Shown here: one piece after another, positions 18,745 to 27,996 of the stretch
How the letters are laid out: each line of letters starts with the position of its first letter
How positions within the stretch are numbered: the first letter of the stretch is position 1
IMG/VR virus record: IMGVR_UViG_3300017963_000029
Span: 18,688-82,687 of that record
From: a virus
DNA: 64,000 bases
Reading direction: 5' to 3' (one strand)
Made by a program: the position numbers and the translations under genes
Notes under the pieces: model-generated
Told to the model about the DNA's origin: nothing
Seen by the model: only the letters and a program-made list of their open reading frames with translations
Databases searched by the model: none

Positions 18745-19341
18745 ATGAGCACAATCGACCGAATAGAGACGTTCTGGGAGAAGGCCTGCTCCCGGTACCC
18801 GAGAATTCCGGAGGAGATGGGGCTCAGCGCGTCTCCTTTCTTCCGCTTGAATCTCTGGGTGGGCAAGGAGCTACCGGACTTCAAGGGGCTGACGTTCGAG
18901 CAGTTCCTGGGGGGAGAGTACGAGGTTCTGGACAACCACCCTGGTCCGCTGACGCACTTCGGCGTGGCCGGCATCATAATGGAAACCTCAGAAGGTTTTG
19001 GGGACTGTGTGGTGGGCCGGGCGCTGTACTCCTTGGACTTGAAAGAGCACCTCGACATCATGCAGCAGTTTGGGGTGGGGTGGGTTGCTCTCCAGCAGAA
19101 GTACAGGAACGACAACGAAGTAACGATGAAACCGGTCGGTTGCGACCGCATCGGGGGGTTGTGGGTCCATCCTGAGCACCGGCGTCAGGGGCTGGGAACT
19201 TTCATGGAAGTAAAGCGGTGGATGAATACGCCACACGCGACTCTCTACATGAAATACGCTTTTCTGCAGCAGCATTCGAGGTCCGGGTACGAGCTTCAAA
19301 AGAGAGTCTATGAAGAACTGCTCCGGAAGAGGCTTTTCTGA
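18745..19341 (+). CDS. GNAT acetyltransferase
   Basis: Motif A LWVHPEHRRQGLGT. Confidence 0.7.
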   Translation: MSTIDRIETFWEKACSRYPRIPEEMGLSASPFFRLNLWVGKELPDFKGLTFEQFLGGEYEVLDNHPGPLTHFGVAGIIMETSEGFGDCVVGRALYSLDLKEHLDIMQQFGVGWVALQQKYRNDNEVTMKPVGCDRIGGLWVHPEHRRQGLGTFMEVKRWMNTPHATLYMKYAFLQQHSRSGYELQKRVYEELLRKRLF

Positions 19342-19576
19342 TGTCAGAGAAAAAACTTTCAGAGTACGAGGAGCTAAAAAGTCTCGATCCTAAGTTTCTG
19401 GAGATGTTGGATAAAGCTTTAAGAGTGACTCAAGAATGGGAGTTTCTCGATGATAGTCGTTATCGGATATACGACGGAGTAGCGCAGGGAGCAGATGAGC
19501 TAGCAGATGCTCTCAGATGTTGGCAGGCACATGGCTGTCCTATAAAAAATAAGAAACCCCTAGTGAAGCGTAAATA

Positions 19577-21706
19577 ATGGCCTCCCCTATCGCATTCGAC
19601 TGTGAGACGTTTTTGATTCGTCCAGGGCTACTGGCGCCTCCGATGGTCTGCCTGACGTCGGCCATGCCGCCCGGGAATGTCCGGTTGTTTCACGCGAAAC
19701 CGGAGATGATGCCCAACGGGTGCCTGCAGAAAGACGTGGACCGGGGGTCGTCAGGCTCAAGCAGCGCCCGCGGTCACTTCGAGTGGATCCTGGAGCAGGA
19801 CCCCATCTACGGCCTGAACATCGCCTTCGACATGACCGTGTGCCTAAACGAGTGGCCGGATCTCTTCCCCAAGGTGTTCAAGGCCTACGACGAGAATCGC
19901 GTCGTCGACATCGCGCTCTGTCAGCAGCTTATCGACAATGCCCGCGGGGCCATGACCTTTTTCAAGCAGCAACAGAAGCCCTACGGCTACAGTCTGGCCG
20001 GCATCGCCAAGCGTATTTTGAAGAAGGACCGGAGCGAGGAGAAAGAGAATCCGGACGCCTGGCGTCTCCGATATGGAGAGTTGATAGACGTGCCACTTCC
20101 TGAGTGGCCCGAGGCGGCGACCAAATACGCGATGGACGACAGCGAGGACACGCTCGAGATAGCCAACTACCAATGGCTTCATCACCGCGAGTTGATGAAG
20201 GACGCGCCGGCCCAGGCGCGGGCGGCCTTCGCGTTGCAGCTGTTGATGTGCTGGGGCGTCCGCACGGATCCAGAGCGGATAGCGATGCTCAAGGCCGCGG
20301 CAGAGGAGAAGTACTACGATATCACCCGCAGGCTCGTCGAGAACGGCCTCGTGAGGGGAGATGATGCGCCACCCAGGCAGCGGGGCACCAGAAACACGCG
20401 CGCAGCACAGAGGAGAATGCTCCAGATCCGGCGCGATAACGACTTGCCTCTCACGCTCACCAAGACCGGGTACAAGAAGTACAAGGAGCGCACAGGAAAG
20501 AAGAAAATCGCTGTCGACATCGTGTTCACCGAGGAGGAGCTCGTCAAATACATGGCGGTGGACGAGGATGCCTGCAACGAGAGCGGCGACGACCTGCTGC
20601 ACGACTACACCATGCGGGTACAGCTGCACAATATCCTCCATACGCACGTCCCCGACCTGCTGAAGGGGGTTCACCAGCCGATCCAGCCGTCCTACTTCAC
20701 GATGGTGGAGTCGGGGAGGACCTCGTGCGCGAAGAGCCGCTCGGAGGACAAGAAAAAGCCGTCACCGACCAACGGCTTCCAGTTCCAGAACCCCAAGCGG
20801 GCGCTTTCCTACTTTCCGACCGGCGTGGGCATCCGGGAGTGTTTCATCGCGCGGCCAGGGAGGTTCTTGTGTGATGCGGATTTCACGGGGCTCGAGCTTT
20901 GTAGTGGGGCCCAGACCTGTATCAGCACGGTGGGGTACTCCCGGATGGCGGAGGCCTTGAACGCCGGCAGGGACGTGCATCTGCAGTTTGGCGGCAGGTT
21001 GATGGGCATCAGCTACGAGGAGGCGCTCGAGCGCCGCCACGATCCTGAGGTAAAGGCGTTCCGGCAGAGGGCGAAGCCGCTTAACTTCGGAGCGCCAGGC
21101 GGCCTTGGCGTGTTTGGACTCATCGGCCTCGCCCGCGGTTATGGTGTCAAGTTCACGCCGGCAGAGGCCAAGAGCATTCTCAACGAGTGGTTCGAGGAGT
21201 TCCCGGAGTGGCAGGACTACTTCAAATACGTCCGCGACCACATCGACCGGGTGAGCGGCAAGGGGCAGATAGCGCAGCTGTTTGTCAGTCGTGTGCGTGG
21301 GGGCATCACTTTCACCTCCGGGTGCAACACGTTGTTCCAGGGGCTCGGCGCCGACGGCGCAAAAGCCGCGTGTTACGCCGTGGCCAAGCGTTGTTACATG
21401 AAGGTGCCTGGTTCAGTTCTGTATGGCGCGCGGCCTCTGGGGTTCGTTCACGACGAGATACTTTCTGAAGTGTTCCGAGAAATTGCACACGAGCAGGCCA
21501 TGGAAAAAGCCAAGGTGATGGAGGAGGCCTGCAACAAGTTCTTGCCGGATGTTCCGGTGAAGTGTGAGCCCTCCCTGGCCGAGAGATGGTCCAAGGACAT
21601 CGAGTCCGTTTACGACCGGGATGGCAGACTGCAACCTTACGACCTCGCCAAGGAAGGCCGGTGGGAGGTCTATTACGGCGACGGCGAGCCGGTGGAGTGG
21701 AAATGA
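19577..21706 (+). CDS. polA: DNA polymerase family A with 3'-5' exonuclease
   Basis: ExoI FDCET, ExoII NIAFD, ExoIII YAMDD; ESGRTS; motif A DFTGLEL, B RQRAKPLNFG, C FVHDEI. Confidence 0.92.
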   Translation: MASPIAFDCETFLIRPGLLAPPMVCLTSAMPPGNVRLFHAKPEMMPNGCLQKDVDRGSSGSSSARGHFEWILEQDPIYGLNIAFDMTVCLNEWPDLFPKVFKAYDENRVVDIALCQQLIDNARGAMTFFKQQQKPYGYSLAGIAKRILKKDRSEEKENPDAWRLRYGELIDVPLPEWPEAATKYAMDDSEDTLEIANYQWLHHRELMKDAPAQARAAFALQLLMCWGVRTDPERIAMLKAAAEEKYYDITRRLVENGLVRGDDAPPRQRGTRNTRAAQRRMLQIRRDNDLPLTLTKTGYKKYKERTGKKKIAVDIVFTEEELVKYMAVDEDACNESGDDLLHDYTMRVQLHNILHTHVPDLLKGVHQPIQPSYFTMVESGRTSCAKSRSEDKKKPSPTNGFQFQNPKRALSYFPTGVGIRECFIARPGRFLCDADFTGLELCSGAQTCISTVGYSRMAEALNAGRDVHLQFGGRLMGISYEEALERRHDPEVKAFRQRAKPLNFGAPGGLGVFGLIGLARGYGVKFTPAEAKSILNEWFEEFPEWQDYFKYVRDHIDRVSGKGQIAQLFVSRVRGGITFTSGCNTLFQGLGADGAKAACYAVAKRCYMKVPGSVLYGARPLGFVHDEILSEVFREIAHEQAMEKAKVMEEACNKFLPDVPVKCEPSLAERWSKDIESVYDRDGRLQPYDLAKEGRWEVYYGDGEPVEWK

Positions 21707-22230
21707 AAGAAATACTTGAAGCCGCAAGAGAGCAGATCGCAGAAATGTTGGAGGGAGATCTGTACGCGAAAAACTTCAGCGATGCCATTCGTGTGGCCAA
21801 GTTGGCGGAGGAGATAGCTGCTAACGAAGGCAGATCCGAGTTGGTAAGAGTAAAGCACAAGGCTCTAGCTGAGAGCGAGTTTTTCGCGCCTATCCTTTAC
21901 GAAGCCATCTTGGCCGATTTGGCCACCGGCAACGACATGTTGAAAGATAAGTATGATCGACTTCAACGGGCACACGCGGATTTAGAACGAAAGCATCTGA
22001 TGGTCGACGCCGCCGGCAATCGGTTGAACGCCGAGAGAAAGGCTTTGGACGCCGAGAGGACCGTCATTCACGAAGAGAGGCTGGCCATGAGGAAGGTACA
22101 CGCCGCTCTCGCGATCGAGAACAAAAGCGGTGTAGATCTTCCGGCGCTGCCTCCAATACCGGAGTTACCGCCGGATCCGCTGGACGAGGAAGAAGAGGAA
22201 GACAATGGCAACGAGACAGGAAGAGATTGA
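21703..22230 (+). CDS. coiled-coil hypothetical protein
   Basis: ATGA coupling to polA. Confidence 0.6.
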   Translation: MKEILEAAREQIAEMLEGDLYAKNFSDAIRVAKLAEEIAANEGRSELVRVKHKALAESEFFAPILYEAILADLATGNDMLKDKYDRLQRAHADLERKHLMVDAAGNRLNAERKALDAERTVIHEERLAMRKVHAALAIENKSGVDLPALPPIPELPPDPLDEEEEEDNGNETGRD

Positions 22231-22441
22231 GTCGGGGTGTTTGTCCAGAGTGTACGAGGACGAGCCCGTGTTCGTTATCAGGGCCGCGGACAAGTGCGCC
22301 CCTTACATGGTGACTGTGTGGGGTCTTTTTGCGCAGTTGATGGGCGCTGATCCCGAAAAAATAGTGGGGTCCATGAAGGCGATGGTTCGTATGCAGAAGT
22401 GGCAGAAGGACAATCCCGACAAGGTGAAGGTACCGGACTGA
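22205..22441 (+). CDS. small phage protein
   Basis: DEPVFVIRAAD motif. Confidence 0.55.
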   Translation: MATRQEEIESGCLSRVYEDEPVFVIRAADKCAPYMVTVWGLFAQLMGADPEKIVGSMKAMVRMQKWQKDNPDKVKVPD

Positions 22442-23103
22442 TGAACAAGATCTTCTGTATAGGACACTTCAAGACCGGGACCACGAGCTACTCGATGGCC
22501 ATGCGGATGCTCGGTTTCCGGGACATCCACTTCCCCCTCAAGTACGCGGAGCGCCTGCAGGAGACAGGGGACGTGTACTGGGATGACCGGGAGTGGGACT
22601 CCATGAGCAACATCAACGAGGTCGAGTACGACCGGTGTGACCGGGTGTATCCGGACAGCAAGTTCGTGTTGACGACCCGGGTTGTTGATAGTTGGTTGGT
22701 TTCTATCCAGAAACACATGGCGACGAAGTGGCCCCCGCGGCTCAAGAAGTTGTTGGATTGGCGCTCGGAGGTCGTCTTCGGGGTTCCCTGCGAGTTGGAG
22801 GCGTTTGACGAGGAGCATTTTCGAAAAAGATATATCGAGCACTATGAAGGTGTGCTCGATTATTTCAGAGGGCGAGAGGAGCAGCTGCTCGTGCTTTTCC
22901 TCGAGTCCAATATGAAGATGGAATCGCTCGCCACCTTCCTGGGCAAGGGGATTCCCTACCCCCGGATGAACGTTTCACCTGGTCCGGTCGCCGGCATGGA
23001 GTGCCCGGGGATCCCGACGTTGGTCGCCGGGGGCTTGAAACGGACGGTTGATTACGACGAAAAGACCGTGTTCCTGCAGTTCGAGGAACCGGTGAAGTGG
23101 TGA
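22441..23103 (+). CDS. sulfotransferase-family P-loop protein
   Basis: KIFCIGHFKTGTTS; YPDSKFVLTTR..DSWL.S. Confidence 0.8.
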   Translation: MNKIFCIGHFKTGTTSYSMAMRMLGFRDIHFPLKYAERLQETGDVYWDDREWDSMSNINEVEYDRCDRVYPDSKFVLTTRVVDSWLVSIQKHMATKWPPRLKKLLDWRSEVVFGVPCELEAFDEEHFRKRYIEHYEGVLDYFRGREEQLLVLFLESNMKMESLATFLGKGIPYPRMNVSPGPVAGMECPGIPTLVAGGLKRTVDYDEKTVFLQFEEPVKW

Positions 23104-23104
23104 T

Positions 23105-24220
23105 ATGCGCGACGTAGACCGAAATGCCCGGTTGGTGCTGACTTACGGTGGGATGTCCTGGCTGGCGGGAAACGTGAATTCTTCGGTTAGTCGGAAGGAT
23201 CTGTTTCTCGTAATGCGCAAAGACGTAGGAAAAACCGCTTTCAAAAAGGCGCTTAAAAACACCAGATGGCAGAAGGAGTGCGTGGCGCGAATGGTGGAGG
23301 CCGGTCTTCTTCGGGAGATTAAAAAAGGCAGTCAGGTGTTCTACAAGGTACACAACGAGCAGCTTCTGAAAGATGCTGTTGCCGATAGTGACAATAACGG
23401 GGGGATGGCTCTCGCCAGGTATCTGTTTCCTCACGAGGTTGGCGTGGATGAGGAGGACATCCCCGACGAGCTTCGGGAGATGTTGCAGGAAGAAGGGGTA
23501 TCACAAGGCGTTCTCGTCCCAGAAAGCCGCGAAGAAGCTCCGAAGTCGTTGGCAGAGAAGATGCGAGCGGCGAGTGCAAAAGGCGACTCGTTATTTGATG
23601 GGATAAAGGAAGTAGACGTGAGGGGTCCTTCTTTTACCGGAGAGGAACTGACGGAACCCACGATTCAGAAAGGCATAGCCAAAAACGAAGAATTAATAGA
23701 TATGCTCCGGCGTTTTCAAGGGTACGTCGAACACATAAGCGGTACGTTCGATACCATCAACAGCAATCTGACTCTCGCAGAGCAGCGGTTCAGCAGTGTA
23801 GATACTAGGTTGAAAGCACTGGGCAAGACCCTGGACCGGCATGTCAGCGTCACTGAAAACGCGGTGAAAGAGGAGGCAGAGAACCGTCGTAAGGACGCGA
23901 CAGAGCTTCTGGAGATGTTCACCATTATCGGGGAGAACCAGGTACGGGGGACGAAGCTCGTGGGAGTATTGAACGAGAACGTCAAGAAGCTGACAGAGGG
24001 AACGTCGAAGGAGAGCGAGGTGACGGCCAAAGTTGTGCAGGCCATCCACGCAGAACTGAAGTCGGTGGCCGACTCGTACAGGGCTCTGGTCGAATCACAA
24101 ACAGGCGAGGGGCGTATGAAGGAAGCGATGGATCTCATCAAACGCGGCCTCCGGGATTTTGAGGAAGGACAGTCGCTGCTCCTCGAGCAGCAGGCAGAAC
24201 AGGGCGGTGATGGCGAGTGA
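23105..24220 (+). CDS. hypothetical protein (wHTH-like N-terminus, coiled coil)
   Basis: RMVEAGLLREIKKG..VFY; long heptad region. Confidence 0.6.
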   Translation: MRDVDRNARLVLTYGGMSWLAGNVNSSVSRKDLFLVMRKDVGKTAFKKALKNTRWQKECVARMVEAGLLREIKKGSQVFYKVHNEQLLKDAVADSDNNGGMALARYLFPHEVGVDEEDIPDELREMLQEEGVSQGVLVPESREEAPKSLAEKMRAASAKGDSLFDGIKEVDVRGPSFTGEELTEPTIQKGIAKNEELIDMLRRFQGYVEHISGTFDTINSNLTLAEQRFSSVDTRLKALGKTLDRHVSVTENAVKEEAENRRKDATELLEMFTIIGENQVRGTKLVGVLNENVKKLTEGTSKESEVTAKVVQAIHAELKSVADSYRALVESQTGEGRMKEAMDLIKRGLRDFEEGQSLLLEQQAEQGGDGE

Positions 24221-25124
24221 AATAAGACTACGGCGGTTGATGGACCGGTACCGCGAGCTCGTGGAGAGAAACGCGCCCAGCATAGATCTGGCGAGGCTCG
24301 AGAAGGAGATCTGGGCCATCGTCAAGGTGAATCGCGACGTGGCGCTTCGGCGCCGGATATGGTTCGCAGAGGTGTTTGGAGGGAACACCGTCTATTACGA
24401 GAACCGGTGGCACATCTTCAGAAAGAAGTGGGCCCGCCCGCTTTTCGACGAGGTGGACAGCAAGAGGATGACCTGGAAGAGCGCCATCACCGCCTATCGG
24501 CGCTCCAACTTCCTCGCGCGCCGGCACGGCATGAAACCCGGCAAGGTTCTCAAGCGCGTGATGGAGCAGTACGACGGGACCACCAAATCCGTCGAGAATG
24601 CTGTTGTCGACGGCGAGGTGGTGCTTGATGTCAGCGACGGGCGCGAGTCGCTCAATCTGTTGGCCAAGGAGTTACGGGCCAAGGTAAAGCATGCCGCGGA
24701 GGTGTACGTGGCAGCGGCGCTCGACAAGATGGGCGTCGAGGACGACCAGCATCAGAAGATAATAGAGGACTTCGTTATCAGCATGGACCAGGTGGTCAAC
24801 GAGTTACTGATGACCATCCGCGTCTGCAGGAAGAACGCCAAGGAAGAGGGGCTCGCGAAGATAGGCCTTCGGTCGTTCGATTGGGCGTGCGAGGTCCTGG
24901 GTATTCAGGCTTCTTTTGGTGAGGAGGTGGATCTCAAGCTCGTCGGTAAAGTGGTTCGCCGGCGAGCGAGAGATCTGCACCCTGACCGTAATAAAACCCC
25001 GCAAGCGAAACAGGAGTATGACAACGTAAACCGTGCCCACGAGATACTGCTGGCGTACTCCCGGTTTCGCAGGAAAGGCAATGGAAATGGTATCACGCAG
25101 AAAGAAAATACGCAGTCTCCTTGA
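24210..25124 (+). CDS. C-terminal DnaJ-domain protein
   Basis: CEVLGI...RARDLHPDRN...YDNVNRAHEIL. Confidence 0.75.
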   Translation: MASEIRLRRLMDRYRELVERNAPSIDLARLEKEIWAIVKVNRDVALRRRIWFAEVFGGNTVYYENRWHIFRKKWARPLFDEVDSKRMTWKSAITAYRRSNFLARRHGMKPGKVLKRVMEQYDGTTKSVENAVVDGEVVLDVSDGRESLNLLAKELRAKVKHAAEVYVAAALDKMGVEDDQHQKIIEDFVISMDQVVNELLMTIRVCRKNAKEEGLAKIGLRSFDWACEVLGIQASFGEEVDLKLVGKVVRRRARDLHPDRNKTPQAKQEYDNVNRAHEILLAYSRFRRKGNGNGITQKENTQSP

Positions 25125-25623
25125 TTACAAACCCGACCCGAAAGTGAAGGACGAGGGCATGCAGGCGGCGATGTTCATGGTGTGGGCGGCGGAGGAGCTT
25201 CCCTACCGCTACATCCCGATGCCCATCATCGTCCGGATGGCCCGGGGCATGAATCGCACGCCCCGGCACGACAGCCCGGAGGTGGAGCTGTTCAAGAACA
25301 ACCGCTTCCAGCGGGTCAAGCGCATCCTCCTCGAGCAGTATCGGCGCGAGAATGACTGGGGCCCCGGGATGGGATATCGGGCCACGGTCGACAGCGCGGA
25401 CACTCTCAGGACGGCTTGGAAGAAGAGGCTCCGGGATATCCTGGCCGCCTTCAAAAGGGCCAAGGCCACCGGAGAGACCATCAACGAGAATCAGTTGACC
25501 AAGAAGGACCGGGAGTACTTCCTGTCTACCCGTGGGGCGGTCAAGAAGATGGACGGGCCCTCGTTGGGCGGGAAGTTGTTGCCGCGTGACGCCGAAGAGG
25601 ATGGTAAGAAAAAGACGGAGTGA
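25081..25623 (+). CDS. basic hypothetical protein
   Basis: RBS AGGAAAGG; coupled to methyltransferase start. Confidence 0.55.
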   Translation: MEMVSRRKKIRSLLDYKPDPKVKDEGMQAAMFMVWAAEELPYRYIPMPIIVRMARGMNRTPRHDSPEVELFKNNRFQRVKRILLEQYRRENDWGPGMGYRATVDSADTLRTAWKKRLRDILAAFKRAKATGETINENQLTKKDREYFLSTRGAVKKMDGPSLGGKLLPRDAEEDGKKKTE

Positions 25624-27764
25624 TGCTCACCATAGGCTCTTTATTCTCTGGTATTGGAGGGCTCGAGTTGGGGCTGGAATTGTCCGGTCTCGGCCCCGTG
25701 CTCTTTCAAGCGGAGAAGGAGGAGTACTGCCTGGGCATCCTCGAAAAACACTGGCCAGAAGTGAAGAGGTTCGACGATGTCAGAAAAGTCACCGCAGACA
25801 CCGTGCCACGAGTCGACGTACTGTGCGGAGGATTTCCTTGTCAGGATATATCAGCAGCCGGCAAGGGTGAGGGCCTTAGCGGTTCTCGAAGCGGCCTCTG
25901 GTACGAGTTCGCTCGCGTCGTTAGTGAGCTCTGTCCAGAGTGGGTTGTCGTCGAAAACGTTGCAAGCGCAGCAAACCGTTGGGTCGATGCCGTCCGAAGA
26001 GACCTGGAAGGGAAAGGTTATGCAACGCTACCGATCCCACTTGCAGCAGCTGATGTTGGATCTTCTCATCTTCGTAAAAGAATCTTCATCGTTGGGCACC
26101 GCGCGCTGGACAACCCCGAAGAGCACGGCGAGCGGCCCGGACTACGCGCGATCCGGGAGGAAACGGAGCGGTGGAGACGACTTGGTGACTCAGGTGGCGA
26201 AGTGGCCGACCCCGACGGCATCCCTGTATGGGACGAGCCAGAACGAGGGACAGGTACCCCATCAACGTCCGAGTGCAGGGACGCCGAGTTTATGGACGAT
26301 AGCTCGCCGGTGGCCGACACCCGACGCGAACATGGGCAGCGGAGGGAGGATGACGGATCCGGAGAAAGTAACGCCGACGGGAAGAGATTTGGAGACAGGC
26401 AGAAAAAGGCAGATAACGTTAGGCGATGCGGTTCGCCGCCATCGTCGGTGGCCCACGCCGACGGCGGGGGATTCGAAGTCGAGCGGCAGCAGGAACTTAC
26501 CGGGGTCGAAAGCCCACCCGGGGGTGTCGTTGACGGACATGGCGCTTCACGGGAACAGCTCGACACCTCGCAGATGGCCGACGCCCAAACACCGGGATTT
26601 CAAGAGCGCAGCTGGTCCAGCAGGGATGAAACGAGACAATCCGGATTTGAATGTGGTGGCAGCGAAATGGCCGACGCCGACATCGTCGGAAGCGGGCAAT
26701 ACATCGAGGGGAGGGGACCGGAAGGACGAGCTTCTTTTGGGTGGCCTTTCGAGTGGCCACCACCGCCCGGAGACATGCAGTCATGGGGGCAAGTGCCGCC
26801 CGACTCTCAGCCCTCAGTTTGTGCTGTGGCTCATGGGATTCCCCAGAGGGTGGCTAGACTGAAGGCTTTGGGCAATGCAGTCGTACCACAATGCGCCGAA
26901 GTAGTTGGCTACATAATACAAGAACTATATACCCACGAAATACAGGAGATAGAAATGAAGTTGTTCAAGTTGAGTAAGACCGACAAGAAGGAGAAGTGCG
27001 CGGCCAACCGTTGCAAAGACGATCACACGGGAGAGGTTCCCGGCGATTTGTGGGGAAGAGAAACGGCCAAGCTTTGCGACCGGCACTTCAACGAGGCAGT
27101 CACCTTCGCAGAGCAGAACCCCGACTACAAGCCGCCGACCCCGGGAACTCCGGGCACCTCGTTGACGGTGGTGGACCAGGCACTGAACGACGAGCTTGAG
27201 GCCCAGTACAAGGAAGCCGAGGACATGCTCAAGGAGTTGGATGGCTTCGAGGTGGTAACGCAGCAGGACCTGGAGAACATAGCCGAGGTCCTCGTGATGG
27301 TGAAAGGCCGACGCAACTGGCTCGAGACGCGCGAGAAGGAGATAACCGTCCCCATCCACACCTCGTTGAAGAAGGTGCGAGAGCTATTTGAGCCGTCCAA
27401 GACGTTCTGGGCCAATGCCGAGGTCATCCTGAAGCAGAAGATAGCCGCAGCCAAGCTCCGCGAGGCCTGCAACACCGCCCAGGCGTTGCAGGAAGCGGCA
27501 GATGCCGCCGGCATCGGGGACAGCACCACGGTGGCGCATGCCACCTCGCGCATCACCACGGTCGGGGACGTGCCGGGCATCAGTACCCAGGACCGGTGGA
27601 ACTACAAGGTGGTGGACGCTTCGAAGGTGCCACGGAAGTACTTGATGGTCGACGACGCCAAGCTCCGGGCCCACTGCGCGATGTTCAAGGGCGACGACAA
27701 GCCCACCGCCATCGAGGGCATTGATTTTTTACCCGATGTCCGGGTGACGGCGAGGTCGAAATGA
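25623..27764 (+). CDS. dcm: C5 cytosine DNA methyltransferase alpha chain (motifs I-VIII, X), continuing in frame into the next protein
   Basis: LFSGIGG, GGFPCQDIS, VENV, HLRKRIF, LGNAVVP; no motif IX in this frame. Confidence 0.88.
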   Translation: MLTIGSLFSGIGGLELGLELSGLGPVLFQAEKEEYCLGILEKHWPEVKRFDDVRKVTADTVPRVDVLCGGFPCQDISAAGKGEGLSGSRSGLWYEFARVVSELCPEWVVVENVASAANRWVDAVRRDLEGKGYATLPIPLAAADVGSSHLRKRIFIVGHRALDNPEEHGERPGLRAIREETERWRRLGDSGGEVADPDGIPVWDEPERGTGTPSTSECRDAEFMDDSSPVADTRREHGQRREDDGSGESNADGKRFGDRQKKADNVRRCGSPPSSVAHADGGGFEVERQQELTGVESPPGGVVDGHGASREQLDTSQMADAQTPGFQERSWSSRDETRQSGFECGGSEMADADIVGSGQYIEGRGPEGRASFGWPFEWPPPPGDMQSWGQVPPDSQPSVCAVAHGIPQRVARLKALGNAVVPQCAEVVGYIIQELYTHEIQEIEMKLFKLSKTDKKEKCAANRCKDDHTGEVPGDLWGRETAKLCDRHFNEAVTFAEQNPDYKPPTPGTPGTSLTVVDQALNDELEAQYKEAEDMLKELDGFEVVTQQDLENIAEVLVMVKGRRNWLETREKEITVPIHTSLKKVRELFEPSKTFWANAEVILKQKIAAAKLREACNTAQALQEAADAAGIGDSTTVAHATSRITTVGDVPGISTQDRWNYKVVDASKVPRKYLMVDDAKLRAHCAMFKGDDKPTAIEGIDFLPDVRVTARSK
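25777..26862 (+). CDS. overlapping-frame methyltransferase beta chain (WPTP repeats plus motif IX)
   Basis: 361 codons open inside dcm; AAGAGG before ATG; ends LSPQFVLWLMGFPRGWLD. Confidence 0.8.
   Translation: MSEKSPQTPCHESTYCAEDFLVRIYQQPARVRALAVLEAASGTSSLASLVSSVQSGLSSKTLQAQQTVGSMPSEETWKGKVMQRYRSHLQQLMLDLLIFVKESSSLGTARWTTPKSTASGPDYARSGRKRSGGDDLVTQVAKWPTPTASLYGTSQNEGQVPHQRPSAGTPSLWTIARRWPTPDANMGSGGRMTDPEKVTPTGRDLETGRKRQITLGDAVRRHRRWPTPTAGDSKSSGSRNLPGSKAHPGVSLTDMALHGNSSTPRRWPTPKHRDFKSAAGPAGMKRDNPDLNVVAAKWPTPTSSEAGNTSRGGDRKDELLLGGLSSGHHRPETCSHGGKCRPTLSPQFVLWLMGFPRGWLD
26955..27764 (+). CDS. coiled-coil phage protein (Gp157/Gam-like), probable internal start
   Basis: CAGGAG RBS before in-frame ATG 26955; WNYKVVDASKVPRKYL motif. 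Confidence 0.55.
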   Translation: MKLFKLSKTDKKEKCAANRCKDDHTGEVPGDLWGRETAKLCDRHFNEAVTFAEQNPDYKPPTPGTPGTSLTVVDQALNDELEAQYKEAEDMLKELDGFEVVTQQDLENIAEVLVMVKGRRNWLETREKEITVPIHTSLKKVRELFEPSKTFWANAEVILKQKIAAAKLREACNTAQALQEAADAAGIGDSTTVAHATSRITTVGDVPGISTQDRWNYKVVDASKVPRKYLMVDDAKLRAHCAMFKGDDKPTAIEGIDFLPDVRVTARSK

Positions 27765-27996
27765 TCATCCGGATAATGGCCGGCGAGATATCGCTGGAGT
27801 TCGAGCTTCAGAGAGACGCGACCGCCCATATGTTGGTGGATGGAGGTTCCACTGATTTAGGTAAGTGGGAGAAGGACGGTAACACCCTCGAGATCATGGT
27901 ATCCGAGGAGGCTTTGAAGGGGGCTTTCACGAGCGTGGTCGCCAGTGCAGCCAAGGACCACGACAGTAAGGACGTGTTGATCTTCGAGTTGGATTA

